A stretch of 64,000 nucleotides of DNA from Antedon mediterranea (lineage: Eukaryota; Animalia; Echinodermata). A model generated the notes under the pieces. The model ran no database searches, was not told the origin of the DNA, and saw nothing but the letters and a program-made list of their open reading frames with translations. The stretch covers positions 24,166,795-24,230,794 of the forward strand of contig NC_092670.1 of the NCBI RefSeq assembly GCF_964355755.1, written 5' to 3'. Shown here one piece after another: positions 1 through 14,800 of the stretch (position 1 is its first letter; each line of letters begins with the position of its first letter). The position numbers and the translations under genes are program-made.

Positions 1-370
1 CGTACGCATGCGTTACATGCGCTACGCACGTAATTGTATTGTCATATGATGATTTATGCCCTGAAATTTATGAGTACCAAATTGTATTTAATTGTGATTC
101 ATGGTTGTGAAGATATGATTACAAACGTGATTTCGTTAAATCGTGCGTAGACCGCGTAATTTTTTATTGCGCACCGTGAAAACATAACCACATCGATTCC
201 TGGCCATAAGGAATATACTGTGAAAAAATTGACTTAGCTAGATTAAACTGATATCAAGATAAGGTCAGAAAGCGATAAAACGCATAGTGATACCGGACCG
301 ACAGACAGACCGACAGACCGACCGACCGATCGACATAGTGAACTATAGAGTCGCTTCCACGCGACTAAAA
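1..370 (+). mobile_element. 3' part of a Helentron/HINE-like non-autonomous repeat (copy 1)
   Basis: (ACCG/ACAG)n microsatellite at about 291-333, then tatagagtcgcttccacgcgactaaaa (terminal hairpin plus A tract). About 19-265 is the near-perfect reverse complement of about 575-821. The family call comes from general resemblance only. Confidence 0.55.
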
Positions 371-512
371 ACGAAAATCAAGTACAAGAAAAAAATCGGT
401 TGACAAATTAACTTTAACTGACACAAATTCATTGAAAAAAGCAAAGAGCCCTGCAAAAAAGACAACTGTTAAAAAAGTTACCAAAAAAGAAACACCAAAA
501 AGAACAATTAAA

Positions 513-985
513 TCGCCACTCTACAGCTCACTATGTCGGTCGGTTGGTCGGTCGGTAAACACTAACTTGTATATGACCTTATCTTGATATCAGTTTAATC
601 TAGCTAAGTCAATTTTTCACAGTATATTCCTTATGGCCAGGAATCGATGTGGTTATGTTTTGACGGTGCGCAATAAAAAATTACGCGGTCTATGCACGAT
701 TTAACGAATTCACGTTTGTAATCATATCTTCACAACCATGAATCACAATTAAATAAAATTTGGTACTCATAAATTTCAGGGCATAAATCACCATATGGCA
801 ATACAATTACGTGCGTAGCGCTTAAACTTTTCTAAATTTATTTTCGATGAAATAAGAGTACGTTTCAGGCAATTTTAAGCGTTTACAAAATTGCCATGAG
901 TGCGCATATTTTTGCGCGCGCACTGCGCGTTAAATGTTATTACGCACTCTTTTTGCCCGATTTCTGTTTTCTTGACATACTTTTG
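513..985 (-). mobile_element. Second, inverted copy of the same repeat family
   Basis: About 575-821 is the reverse complement of about 19-265; cactatgtcggtcggttggtcggtcgg mirrors ccgaccgatcgacatagtg of copy 1. Confidence 0.55.
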
Positions 986-2320
986 CTACAATACAATAAT
1001 ATGCTGTACTTAATGTTTTATTATGTCAAATAAATACCGTATCGTCTTTTGAAACGATCTTTGTAGCCATTTAAACATAATTATGTCGCATTATGTTACC
1101 AACAAATCTTGGCCGTATTCTTCGGATTAATGAAAACGCAGTGTGAAATGAGTTTATGGAAACGAGACTTATATACAAGGTTCTTTTCAAACATGGAACA
1201 TTTGGCCTATAACCTTCTTTTTTTCTTTGCAACAGTTAGGCCCAAACCTCTGTAAATCGCGTTGCATTCGTTTCGCTACCGAATTCGTGGCACATTCATT
1301 AAAAGCGTTATCTCAATCGGTCTACTTGAACTGTTTAGATTATGATTAAATACATGCTATAATAATATCAAAGATCGCATCTGTTATCTTTTACTAAAAT
1401 ATGAATATTTATAATAAAAACATTCATACTACCCGTTTTACCAGAATGTATTTTATTCAAGTCTTTGTTATGAACATGTGGTGTTTTTTGTGAATTTTAC
1501 AAACATCGTGTTCAATCCACTATATATTACAAATACTTACTGTGTTATAAATTAAACAAATTTAACGACACTGATTATGTGCGAATAAAATATTTACTAT
1601 GGATAAAAAATATCACATCAATTAACATTCAGTGCCTGATTTTGCGGTATGGAACTAGTTAGAGTACCTCGAGGTCTCACTTGTGTGTGTATGTGCCACT
1701 GGCCAATCTAGCTATCAACCTGGTACCTTTACCTGATGGTATCCACATGCTATCTCGTGATAAATCGAGAATCAAAAGCTCGAGTCTCTAAAACTCGAGT
1801 CGTCTGTACACAGATATTGTGTTACAGAATATTGTGTTTAATATTCATAACGACTATTATTACACTTTGTGATGCAACCATCACAGCCAGGAGCACCTGC
1901 TAGATCGTTGGTTCAACCCCATACCCCATGTGTTAAAGGTTTATCCTTTTAATTAAAATTATTTTCCAATTCTTTGATCGTATATATTAGGCTTATATAC
2001 ATTTTTTTTCCATCAGTGTTGGGGATTTACTCAGTGGCGTCCATACATTTTGTACATTGAACACTTTGTATTATTAAGAACTAATTACTATAAAAGGCCT
2101 ATAAACGATTTAGTTGAAAACAAAGCGTGTGGCACGGTATAATAAGATTTAGGCTTTACTTTTAATGTATTTTACACGTTTATACATACAATACATTGAT
2201 ATTATTAGAATATGACACAATATTTGGCTACTTTTTGTATCTTTGGCTATACAAAATGAAATAAATACAAATTTAAAATGTAAAAAAAATGAAAATAGCT
2301 TAAAGAAATTTCTTTCTAAA

Positions 2321-2463
2321 GGCTTTGTACTGTCTACACTATCAAAATTGATTTGACAAACAAAATGATGTGCCCAAAATATGGTAGTAATGTTACGCCA
2401 TCGTGTCCATGGTGCATATCACATTTTCTTGTCATATACAGTTTATAGTGTAGACAGAGCTTT
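2321..2463. mobile_element. Short MITE (ctgtctacactatcaaa...tagtgtagacagagc family)
   Basis: Terminal inverted repeats; related copy at about 21083-21241 and a partial copy at about 61575-61662. Confidence 0.6.
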
Positions 2464-2499
2464 ATAGGCCTATAGTTCAAATTATAATTTAAAAATGAC

Positions 2500-2826
2500 C
2501 ATCATTTAGCATCAAGACTTGATGACTGTTAGTCTGAATTTACTTTAAACAGAACAATCTTGCTGTTTTAGAGACGTGGCTTCTTGTTAAACAGATCGTT
2601 ATGAATGTACTTTATCATTATTAGCATCAAGACTTGTTGAACAGACCGTTAGTCTAAATTCACTTTTTAAACAGAACAATCTTGCTGTGTTAGAGGCTTG
2701 ACTTCTTGTTAAACAGGTCGTTCTGAATGTACTCTATCATTATTAGCAAGACTTGTTGAACAGACCGTTAGTCTAAATTCACTTTTTAAACAGAACAATC
2801 TTGCTGTGTTAGAGATTTGGCTTCTT
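2500..2826. repeat. About 120-bp tandem repeat, nearly 3 copies, overlapping the GPCR stop codon and 3' UTR
   Basis: aaacagaacaatcttgctg recurs at about 2547, 2669 and 2788. Confidence 0.85.
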
Positions 2827-5800
2827 TCAGTCGTTTTGATCTTGCTCTCCATATGTTGAATTGTTCTTTAACCTGTTACGACAAAAACACATTATTAAAA
2901 CATAATTTACAACATAAAACAGCACAAAATAAACCGAAGCACCACCTTAGTAGAACCCGTCCTTTGTGACAGTCATATTCAGGGAACTCTTTCCTGTGAA
3001 ACGAATAAGGAACAAGCTGTTTTTATTTAACACTGGGCCAATCCGTATTCAGAGGACACCCCTCAAGGGGACACTTTCTTGTGAATCGAATAAGAAGCAA
3101 TATATTTAACACTACACCCTATCAATGGATACATACCATATTATATTCAGGGGGACTCTCTGGGTCGAGAAGCTGTCCCCTGTCATACGGGTTCTACATT
3201 ACACACATGCTGTTTAAAATGATCGGTGCCCTGTCATGTATTTGTTTTATTGCAAAGTATTGTTCCATATGCTTTTAACGTAATTACGTTCACGAGGACA
3301 CTTAATCGTGTAGATATATACAATTTGTTTTTGTTTATACGACTACGATACGGCAATGTAAACAATCGGCATCTTTGGTTCCATAATCATAACTGGTTTT
3401 CCCATTACTATTCCCATTTTGATAGGACTTTAGTTTTACAGTATTAGCATTTGAAACTATTAGGTTTGAGTTAATTTAATTGGAAAACATGCATATGATG
3501 ATGTTAAAGAAAGATCAATTATCATGACGTCATGATCAAGATTATCAGAAAAAGAAAAAAAAATTGATGGTGGCTAATTATTGCAATTAAATATTAATTG
3601 CAAATGCATGACATTTTAATTATATTATTTTACATGGCCTAACCCGCTTGCATTGTACAGTGTGTGTTTTTTGCACAGTAACGTAATTTTTAAGTTATCG
3701 AATTTATTACTATTTGTACACAAAGAGACCATACCTCGATTTACATGAAAATATATATCATTATTTGTGACGTCATTAAAATCTCGAGTTATCTGTATAT
3801 TTGAGGACCGACACATAAAATAGCACGCCCTCTGTCGGTCTGCATTTGTTCAAATACAGTATTTCTTTTTATTTAGATTTAATTAATGTATTTATTTATA
3901 ATTTGTTTAAACGTGCATATGTGTGTTTGTGTGAAGAATATTAAATAAAATTGAACTGAGATTGCATATTAGAAAAATAATAATGATAAAAATTCCTGTA
4001 ACTTTTATTTTATATTTCAACAAAATGATAATGTCTCTGCGGATACTTACCTCTACATCCATGACACAATACACTATGAATATTGCAAGGCCTTGAGGGC
4101 AATTCAGAATAACGAATATATACTCGAATACTATGCTTGCGCTTGAAAAGGCAAACGGTCCAAAAACCCAAGTAATTCCAAAAACAGGAAGCAGAAAAAT
4201 CGTCGCTTTCATTGTTTTTCTAAAAAGAAGATTAATTATTATGATTAATTATTTTGACACGTTCTATTTACTTTCCACATTTATCAAACTACACGTTATG
4301 ATAATCCATCGATATTTGTGTTGTGTGTTTATTACCAAAAGTTAATTAAATTTAACCTACATAACACGTTTCAAATTGTAATATAATTATATTCTAAACC
4401 TTTAACTCGGGGTTATCTTAGAGTATGATATGAATAATGATGATGTTCAAAAAGCAGTTGTAACATGGTAGATTTAAAACAAATATATCATATACTATTT
4501 TAAATCTCCCTATTGTAACGTTCAAACGTTATTCGCGTTACGCGTACGTGCTTGCGTTGCGTCCTAACAGTGGCACTTACAATGTACTCTCATTAAAACT
4601 CTTCTCATTTCTGCTTTGTCTTGATTTGGACTTCAAATAGACAGTTCTTAGCGTCATCACTAAAATAATCATATTTACCTGTAACAAAAAACATGTTATT
4701 TTGAAATTTATTGATTGATATGAATTAATAATAAGGATACGCATGGTGACTGTTAATGATTTCGCACTTTATTCATTACTGGATAGCACTTAACAAGATT
4801 TGAACAATCAATCATCACCTTACAAAAATGTACCGAGGCCTAATTTATCAAAGTACTGAGATGTTTTCCGGATTTCAAACACGGCAATGCCTCAACGAAT
4901 ACCGGTAGGCCTGTGTACTTTTTTGTAAATGTTCGTAAGTAGTTATCTCTTGATTTCCGATAGGAATTTCACATGACGGATCAATTGATTCTTAATGACG
5001 TCATTGATAATGTTACTTATGTTAATGAGGATTTTTAAAAATGATGCAAGTCAAATTCATATCACTTTACCGTAATTATAATTAAAGCCGGTATTACTAA
5101 AGCATAGACTGCTCCATTGCTTTCGTTTAACCAACATCTGAAATGCAAAAAAAGATTATACTATATTATACTGTTATTTGTGCCATACTGACTGTTTTCG
5201 AACCGCGCGCGTTATAGATTGAAAACGAACGCCGACCTTTTCACGATGAGCAACAAGTCGAAAAGTCATTCTGAGTGTCAGTCAGAATCACGCGCACCCT
5301 TTTCCGCCAGTTCTGTATAATAATAAACGACCGGGCAGTGTTTAGGTGTTGTGAAGTGTGAAGCAAAGTTTAAATGGCTGTTCTATGGATGTTGCTAATT
5401 GACCAGTCTGAACTGTCTCTTGTGTATGGCGCGCCAAGCTGTCATTCATTCGAAAATAAAGATATCTTAGTTTAAAACTAAGATATCTCTATTAATAGAG
5501 ATATCTCTTTTTAGAACTACGATATCTCTATTTAAAACTAAGATATCTCTATTTAAAACTAAGATATCTCTATTAATAGAGATATCTCTATTAATAGAGA
5601 TATCTCTATTAATAGAGATATCTTAGTTTTGTTTCCGGTTCAGTGTTTTATGGGTAATACGATTTTCCATCTATGACTGAGGTAAGGTCAAGTTCCCATA
5701 TTTATGGCGCGCCAAGCTGTCATTTATTCAAGCAATAGAGATATCTTAGTTTTTAATAGAAATATCTTAGTTTTAAATAGAGATATCTTAGTTTTAAATA

Positions 5801-8800
5801 GAGATATCTCTATTAATAGAGATATCTCTATTAACAGAGATATCTCTATTTAAAACTAAGATATCTCTATTAAAAACTAAGATATCTCTATTAAAAACTA
5901 AGATATCTCTATTTAAAACTAAGATATCTTAGTTTTTAATAGAGATATCTCTATTAATAAAGATATCTCTATTAATAGAGATATCTCTATTAAAAACTAA
6001 GATATCTTAGTTTTAAATAGAGATATCTTAGTTTTTAATAGAGATATCTCTATTAATAGAGATATCTTAGTTTTAAACTAAGATATCTTAGTTTTAAACT
6101 AAGATATCTTTATCTCCGAATAAATGACAGCTTGGCGCGCCATACATATTGTAACAATATCTTAATAATAAAAGGCTATAATGAAATAAAATGGAACAGA
6201 GGCAGAAACAGGATGTTTGAGAAAAAATGATGAGGCTTATAATGAGCACATAAACACTTTCCATGCATTCCAACCGAAAAAGGGGATAAAAACCATGGTA
6301 TTTGATCACTATTTAATTATGGATTATAGAAGTTTCTATGTACAATTTTGAATAAGTTTTAGTGAAATAGCTTGGTGGATAATGCCGATCATTTTTAATG
6401 GTAAAACAAAATTGAAATACCTCTAGTTTTCAATGCCTAAAAAATTGTTTATAAAATACGTGTTATTCCAGGCACAGTCAGTGGGGAGGAGTAGAAGATG
6501 TAGATGAAGATAATTGTTATCTCCATGTTTGTAATTTAAACTTGAACACGTCGTCGATACTCATTGCAATGAAATCGACTATCGTCCTTTTGAGCCGTCC
6601 TTATTTTGTACAATATACTCCCGAATATACTATTAATTGGAAAGGGAAAAAATACTAGTCCTTGGATCTACCTTTTAATGATGCATGTTAAATGCGTGCA
6701 ACGTTTAGTACTTTTGTGCAGTATTACAGCTCAAAACTACACGAAATTAATACAGTACAATATCGGCTCTCAACAATTTTATTATAGTATTTTTCAGTTT
6801 TTGTAGCACTGTATAGCTTATACCTTACCTAGAAATCAACAACCATAAACACCTTGGTGGGATGTCCCTAATGGGTCATTACTCTTCCATTCTAAATGAC
6901 ACACTTCCACCACATTCACAACTATACCATTCCCTTCATACTTTGCAACAGGAAACAAAACTAAGATATCTATATTAATAGAGATATCTCTATTAATAGA
7001 GAAATCTCTAATAATAGAGATATCTTAGTTTTTAATAGAGATCTCTATTAATAGAGATATCTCTATTAACAGAGATATCTCTATTAACAGAGATATATCT
7101 CTATTAAAAACTAAGATATCTCTATTAAAAACTAAGATATCTCTATTTAAAACTAAGATATCTCTATTAATAGAGATATCTCTATTATTAGAGATATCTT
7201 AGTTTTAAATAGAGATATCTTAGTTTTAAATAGAGATATCTTAGTTTTTAATAGAGATATCTTAGTTTTAAATAGAGATATCTCTATTTAAAACTAAGAT
7301 ATCTCTATTTAAAACTAAGATATCTCTATTAAAAACTAAGATATCTCTATTGCTTTAATAAATGACAGCTTGGCGCGCCATAATTGTGTTTTAAACTGGT
7401 CGTTTTTTGCATTGAGTACAGGTGGAAACCAAGTTTTAGGAAATCGAATACCAGCCATTAGTCTTAAATGAAAGCCTAAAATAGAATGTCGTGTTTCATT
7501 TTAATTGCAGCGTTGGGAGCGTTATCTATTTTTTTCTTCTGTTGTTTATCATTGTTTTTTCTTTTAAATGTATACATGTAAAGGTCATTATTTTATTGAA
7601 GGTCATCGGAAATAACGGTCACATGATTCGACGGTTACAAACGTGAGCATTTCCGATAGTTAATCAAATCCATTTAATTCGAGGCTAATTATATAGATAT
7701 TTAAAATATTGAAGATGTAATTAGCATTCATATAATCACCTGTCCGTGTTAAACTGGTTATAACAATTTATCATCTGTATAAAATATCGATTAGCCAATC
7801 AGAAAGCTTTACCGTTGGGCTCGTTTGATTGTAAATTATATCGCTTTTTAACTATGATTGGAAAGTTCATTAAAGGATTCTTTTCACACGAATCTTTCGC
7901 ACTTTTAAACTGTGACGTATACCGTGGCAAATTACGCGGCAATTTTACGAGACTGGTCCATAACCCTGGTCATGGCTATAGCTTCTAAGCAATAAACCCC
8001 ACAGAGCACGGTGGACATACAAATATATATTTTTTGTCAGCAAACTGCGCCCCGTAGCAAATTGTTAAACGATTATGTTTCTCGTTAATAGCTGGTGATT
8101 CCACTGTCATGATATCTATTTCCCCAATAAATTCGATTTTAATTCGGCAAGCTCAGATACGATCATGAACGGCTAATGAACAATCATGACCCACCATGTA
8201 TGTTGGCGCCAACTTATATTAATTATCTAACTAAACTGCCCGTCTGATCATTACTGCTTATACAATAGAACCCCTCCTATGGGACCCTATCCAAGAGGGA
8301 CACCCTATTAAGGGGACACTATCACGTGAAACAAAGAGAGTCAATATGTTTTAACACTTTCAGCCAACTCCTTGCTTAATGGGATGTGCCTATTAAGGGG
8401 ACACTATCACGTGGAACGAAGAGAGGCAATATGTTTCTTTTAAATGTATTTATTTATTTATTCATTTCGCTTTAACACTTTTAGCCAACCCCTTGCTTAA
8501 TGGGATGCCTCTATTAAGGTCACACTGACACGTGAAACGAACAAGAGGCATTGTATGTTTTAACACTTTCAGCCAACCCCTTGCTTAATGGGATGCCTCT
8601 ATTAAGGGGACACTGAAACGTGAAACGAACAAGAGGCATTGTATGCTTTAACACTTTCAGCCAACCCCTTGCTTAATGGGATGCCTCTATTAAGGGGACA
8701 CTGACACGTGAAACGAACAAGAAGCATTGTATGTTTTAACATTACCTATTCAGGGGACACCTTTTAAAGGAACAGGTTGTTGTGTCCTGAAGGTGTCCCT

Positions 8801-11800
8801 TTAATAGAGGTCATCTGTATCAATTACTTACGGTGAACTCGATCTGTAATTTCCATCTACGTCAACAGAAAGAGTGGTTACAATAACTAACGCCGATACA
8901 CCGTAGCATACTATAAAATAGTTTCGAGGAACATTTTGCCTGGTTGAGAAGCTTTTAGTGACTTTGAAAGCTATGAATACGGCCTCTGCCATCATCCACA
9001 TAAACATATTGAGAACGGTAAAATGTAAACAGACTCCAACACCTACGCAAACCTGAATATACGGAAGGTAAACAATAACATTATTAATATATACAAAATG
9101 TAACATTATTTAAGATACTCATTTTTGTATTTTTGTATAATGTACTTTGTCAGAAGGCGTTAATTGAGGGGATCCCTCAGGATGTAAATCCTTTTTGAGG
9201 ATTTAGAGGGCTATTATTATTATTACATTTATTTACCCAGGGTAGCCCAAACAGTTAAAAACTGGTTTCCACTGGGGCCCTGCATTTTACGTTATTTTTT
9301 TAATTTTTTTATTACGCTATATAAAATGTAAAAAAGCAATAGCACACAGTTAATAATGTTTGTATTACAATTAAAAATATTGAAAAAAAAAATCTATCCC
9401 TGGTACCATACGCAATGATTGTTTTTTGTTGGTTTTATCTGTTTTTGTCCATGTATGGTATGGTATCGAAATATCAGTTCTCATCATGTCATTGAGTAGA
9501 GTATTATTATGTCAACAGAAAGTACATAAGCTTGTTACTAAAATGTAGGCCTACATATTATTATAATTAAGAGAGATAATAACAGTAGTTATTTTTTCGA
9601 TGGAATTATATAACAAGTTGCGACGGCCTAATGAAGTAAGAGTAACGAGTATTTATCAGGTAGATGATGTTGTGCGTGTGTGGTGATGATGATGGAGTGA
9701 AACCGTATAATATTGCCAATAAATAACTGATGAATAATATAATTATTGTAATAAGGATTATGAAGGACACCAATGACGTCATATAAACAAAATATTACAC
9801 AATGATATGAATATTAACGAGCTTTTTAATATTTACAATTTTGTGTATACTCATTAATTCTACTAATAAACAAAACATAAATTCTCAACCAAGATTGATT
9901 GTGATTATGATAAACCCCAAAGATTCAAAACCAAAAAACCAAAAAATAAAACATTATATGATGCCCTGCATTGCACTTTACAATGTTTAACGCATGATGA
10001 TGAAGATGATAATATCGATCGTTTAATAGTGCGTACTATTTCACGCCATGTGACCCACATTCGTCCAATCAAACGACAGGAATTTATTTAGGTGTATATA
10101 ATAATAAATAAAGTACCGTTTTTGATGTGCTGTCGATACCAGACAAGAACAAAGTATACGTAGCTATCAGATTGATTACCAAGTTTGTGTGGATGAAAAT
10201 ACGTGTTGAGTTCCACAAATCTCTGAAAAAATGGATATTTTATAAATTTCTATTATTTAATTCAACCTATATTCCGTTATTTTTCAAAATGTCATAAGCG
10301 TACAGTATTCGTTGAATCGAAACTTTACAAGTTTTGAACTTGCACAAACCGGCAACCAGAGATGAAGAGCGCTGCCAAACTGTTCAGTATAAGATGGTAT
10401 GTAAAGGCTACCAATAACAGGTGCAACGCGTAAAGAAAGTAGAACGAGGGAAAATTGAACGGAATACATTGGACGTTTATATAGGCCTAGTTGGAGAAAA
10501 CAAAACACTGTTTGTCTTTTGAATTTTTGATGGAATTTATATGAATTATATACTATATTAAGAAGACTTCAAATGTTTGTTTGTTCTTTTTGCGTATAAA
10601 GTGGCATCAACAGAAGAATTTTCTCAGTTTGATCAAGGAATTATATGCGATAATTAAAATGCAAATGTTCGTTTTATGTATTGAATTTGGATTTTATAAC
10701 TGTGGAACAAAATGGACTAGAGCTAAGGTGGTCGATGCAAATGTAAGTTAAGTTAAATTGTGTTATGCCTACTTTGGCTCCTTTCTGAGATTTAGTTGTT
10801 TTGAAAGCAATAAGTAACTATCGTAACCATGGCAAACCAATAGCTTTAGGCAAGAGTTGTAATCATGGAATAATTCAGCTCACCTGAAGAAACAGTAGAC
10901 GGACAGCAGACATACAAGGCTGATCAGAGATATTGACAGTAGCACATAACTAATCGTATCCAACGCAATCATATCGGTGTATGATTTCTATGAGAAAAAA
11001 TATTAAAATATCAATATAAAACAAAATCGACGTTCTCTGATAATATCGCGATAAACATATCTTAGTATGCGAATGAGTGTCTTCAAAAAGATCATTGTTT
11101 CTTTGAACAATTCTATATAATAATAATGGTTTTTAATTTTTAGCCTAAAACCGTTATAGAAAGACATCGGTTATGTTGTAGTTTATTCTATACACTGTAC
11201 CGTGCTATATTTATCATTAGTATTATTATGGATTTCTTTGCTTCAATACATAATCAAAATATTATCCTTAACGTGTTATCCTCATCGTCAACATGTACAG
11301 TTAATATACAGTTCTCATCCGCATCCATAAAGGGTATTTTTTGTTTATTTTGGTTGCGAAGCGCGAAGAACTCGGTAAGCCAATGTGCCAAGGCTCGATT
11401 CTAAATCCAATAATGATTATCATTCCAAATTGCGCACAATTGACACACGTCATTTCATTCTCGTGTATTAAGATGGGTAAACTCCTAAATCTCATCTCAA
11501 CGGTTTTATTATACATTGCGTACGGACTTTGGGTTTCTGTGACTCAGTAAAAAGTGACAACGAACGTATTTCATTTTCAAATCAATGGTGCTTAACTTTC
11601 CCAAGATAATGATAAATGCTGATTATTTTTACGCTTACACTAATAATATTCAGCATAAGCATTTTATATGTATTACTTTTAAGCTGAGTATCTTTCTGCT
11701 ACACCATGTTTAATGGCTTATATTATAGCATCATCCTTCGTACATTCAAATTGTCCTGGAGGTGATATTATGTAAATTAGATTTAATTCTTTGCCTCAAG

Positions 11801-14800
11801 TAAACTTGTATATTAATGATGCTGCCTTTACCTTAGTAAACTTTTGTGTTTGATTATTCATTATGCGTTTGTTTCTAATCAGTAAGTGCCACTTAATGAA
11901 ACATTGTGCTTAAGTTTACAATTAAGTAGTTTTATTTGTTATTATGTGTTTTAATGTATCAATCAAACACACAGGGAAGTCTGAAATGTCATTAGAAATT
12001 AATTAATGATCGTGTTTTTTATTTTTCCTGTTGAAATATTTTATACAATAAAATTCAACATTTCTTTAAAAGTATCTCTCCTTCTCTCCCCACCCACACC
12101 TCTCTCTCACTCTCCCCCTAATTATTGTACTAGAAATCGTCTGTCTGTCTGTCGGTTGGTCCTATATCCCTACATGTGTAATTTTCGCGTACGTATTAAC
12201 AATATGATTACATACGTTATATGAGTTGACCTGTAGCAATATTCCAAAACTTGTGAGGTGGTTACAAACACATTTCACGTCTCCATCACTCATTATTTCA
12301 GTGCTGCATCCATCTGTGGACCAACTCCTGAAATAGAAACAATGTGAATGAATGAATGCGCTGCTTGCACAGCATTTATTATAAAGTATATACAAATATT
12401 TAAAATTTGTTGTTTGTACACAGACAAAGCTTGAATTATAAAAAAAAAACAAAAAAACAAACATGCTAAAAAAAAAACACATCAAAAGACACAAAAACAT
12501 ACAGGCAAAAATGTGTATACCTTAACTAATGTAAAAACATACTCCTATTTTAAGAAGTGAATAGAGGCCACTATCATAGTTAGCCTGTCATAATTGTAAT
12601 TCTGTATAATAATACTATTTGAAATTACCCTGACATTGAAACAATGTGTACTTTAACCAATGTAATAACAAACTTAAGATTCAGCATTAATCGTTTTCGG
12701 TGAGTTACAATGTAAAAACAAACTTCTATTTTAAGAAGAAGAGGCTACTTATCGGTAGGCCTATCATAGTTAGCCTGTCATAATTGTAATTCTGTATAAC
12801 AATACTATTTAAAATTTCCCTTGAAACAACAGTAGGTCTAATACACTCACTTGTACGTGTTGTTGATGAAAGAACAATTTGCGTTTAATGGTTTGTCTTC
12901 TATATAGTTTGCTAGTGCCTGTAAGTATACAAAAATACAAATTTGAATTAGGTCGATATAATAAAATAAGAACTAACTAACTAACTCACAAGCGCCTTGA
13001 GCATTTTTGTGGATATGTGCCCTATATAAATCTTATTATTATTACTAAATAACTAACTAACTGTAATTGACTATTTAGAATTAAAATAATCTCAAGATGA
13101 ACCTTTTTTTGCGTAAACGATGTACTCTGTATCTCAAATTTGGTACGATTAGAATAAACGCTTATTGACGTGAAATGACCAACCATTTGCACTCCTTCCA
13201 ATTCACTAAAATAAACAAACAAAACATTAGAAAAGGTTTTTAATTTTGAAATATATCATAACTTATATAATTACATTTACGATATGAAGTACACTTGGTA
13301 TTACAATTTGAAAATTAAATGTAACTACAATCTCCTTGTGTTATCTGGATAAACCGACATGTTTACATTTCTCAAAAACTGATAATTAAATTTATCTAAC
13401 ATCCCCGTAATCAAATGGTATGATCGAAAATTTCAACCGCCTATGACCATTGAAAAAAAAAATTTGAGGCAATTTCCCATCAACATTTGCTATAATAGTA
13501 TCGAACTTTAAAAAAATCTAAATAAGAAACTAATGTTTTCTATTATAATAATATTCAATCATATTGACCTTTTGGAAGCATTGATGATTTGCAAGTCAAC
13601 ACGTAGAACAACGGAATGGCAATTTGAACCTGTAATTGGAAATTAAATTTCCTCGTAAAAAACAATGATTACAATTTCGTTAAAATGAACTTGAGAAATG
13701 TTTAAACACAACCAACTCTTTATTTGGGAAACACCGGTGGATGTTAAGGTGACACCCTTAGGTGTATGACTACAGGGTAAGCAGCAGTAAGCAGCGTTCC
13801 GCAAACTTTTGATTTCGTGGCCTAAAATCCGGTTCCCGGGACCAAACCGCGATCCAACTACTCAGCTGGACCAGGACAATACTTAAGAATATGGACCTGT
13901 AGGTAACCGGAAATTGCATTGTAATTTAATTGAAGAGTAAACTTGCGCTGATGATCCACCGAAATTTAGCGCAGTCCGTGTAACGCACACGACGCATGTC
14001 ACCGGATTCGCGTCACACTCTCAAAACATTTTACATTACATCGCTTGGGCGTTGGGTATGTTTACGATATTTTTAGCAAGGTCAAACCTTTACAGTAAAT
14101 TGTAACTCACATGCCTATTGATGAAAATCTAACTACAATGAAGTAGCTTTACGTAAGAAGTAAGTCACATATTTTGTAATACTCTGACGTCAGAGTAGTT
14201 CCCAGTCTCTCATTTCTGAGCCAAAGAATATGCAATTCTCTTTAGGATTATGCAAACATAATAAATATTTCATCAAATCGTTAATATATAGATGACAACT
14301 TACAATTGTTCACGTCGATTTGAAACGCTAATTCATCTCCGACATCAGACCAGTTTCTGTTGTTAAGTGAAAAGACTGCAGTATCTACAAAAAAAGCCCG
14401 ATTCATTATTTCAAAAGTATAAACAGTAAGTTTCAACGTTTTCAGATCAGTTTTTTCCACAAATAAAACGCATCGAAGAAGGCAAATTGATATATAGCAC
14501 TATTTAATAAACAATTGTAATATTTAAAGAATAAAAAAATATGATAAAATAGAAAACACTATGTTATAACATGTATGAATATATAGTCTATCGATGCATT
14601 TTTCAGTACTCTGCTTTTGGATTTATTGATAAAAAATTTATATTTATTGATAACATTGATACAGATACCAAAATCATTTGTATTGTCAGGTGATTTTTGT
14701 CAAATTATGTGAATTAAATGAATAATAAAATTGATAGTTGCTTACTCAAATATTTGTAATTACTTTGGCTCTCAGTCTGACCGGGTTGTAACTCATTTAG

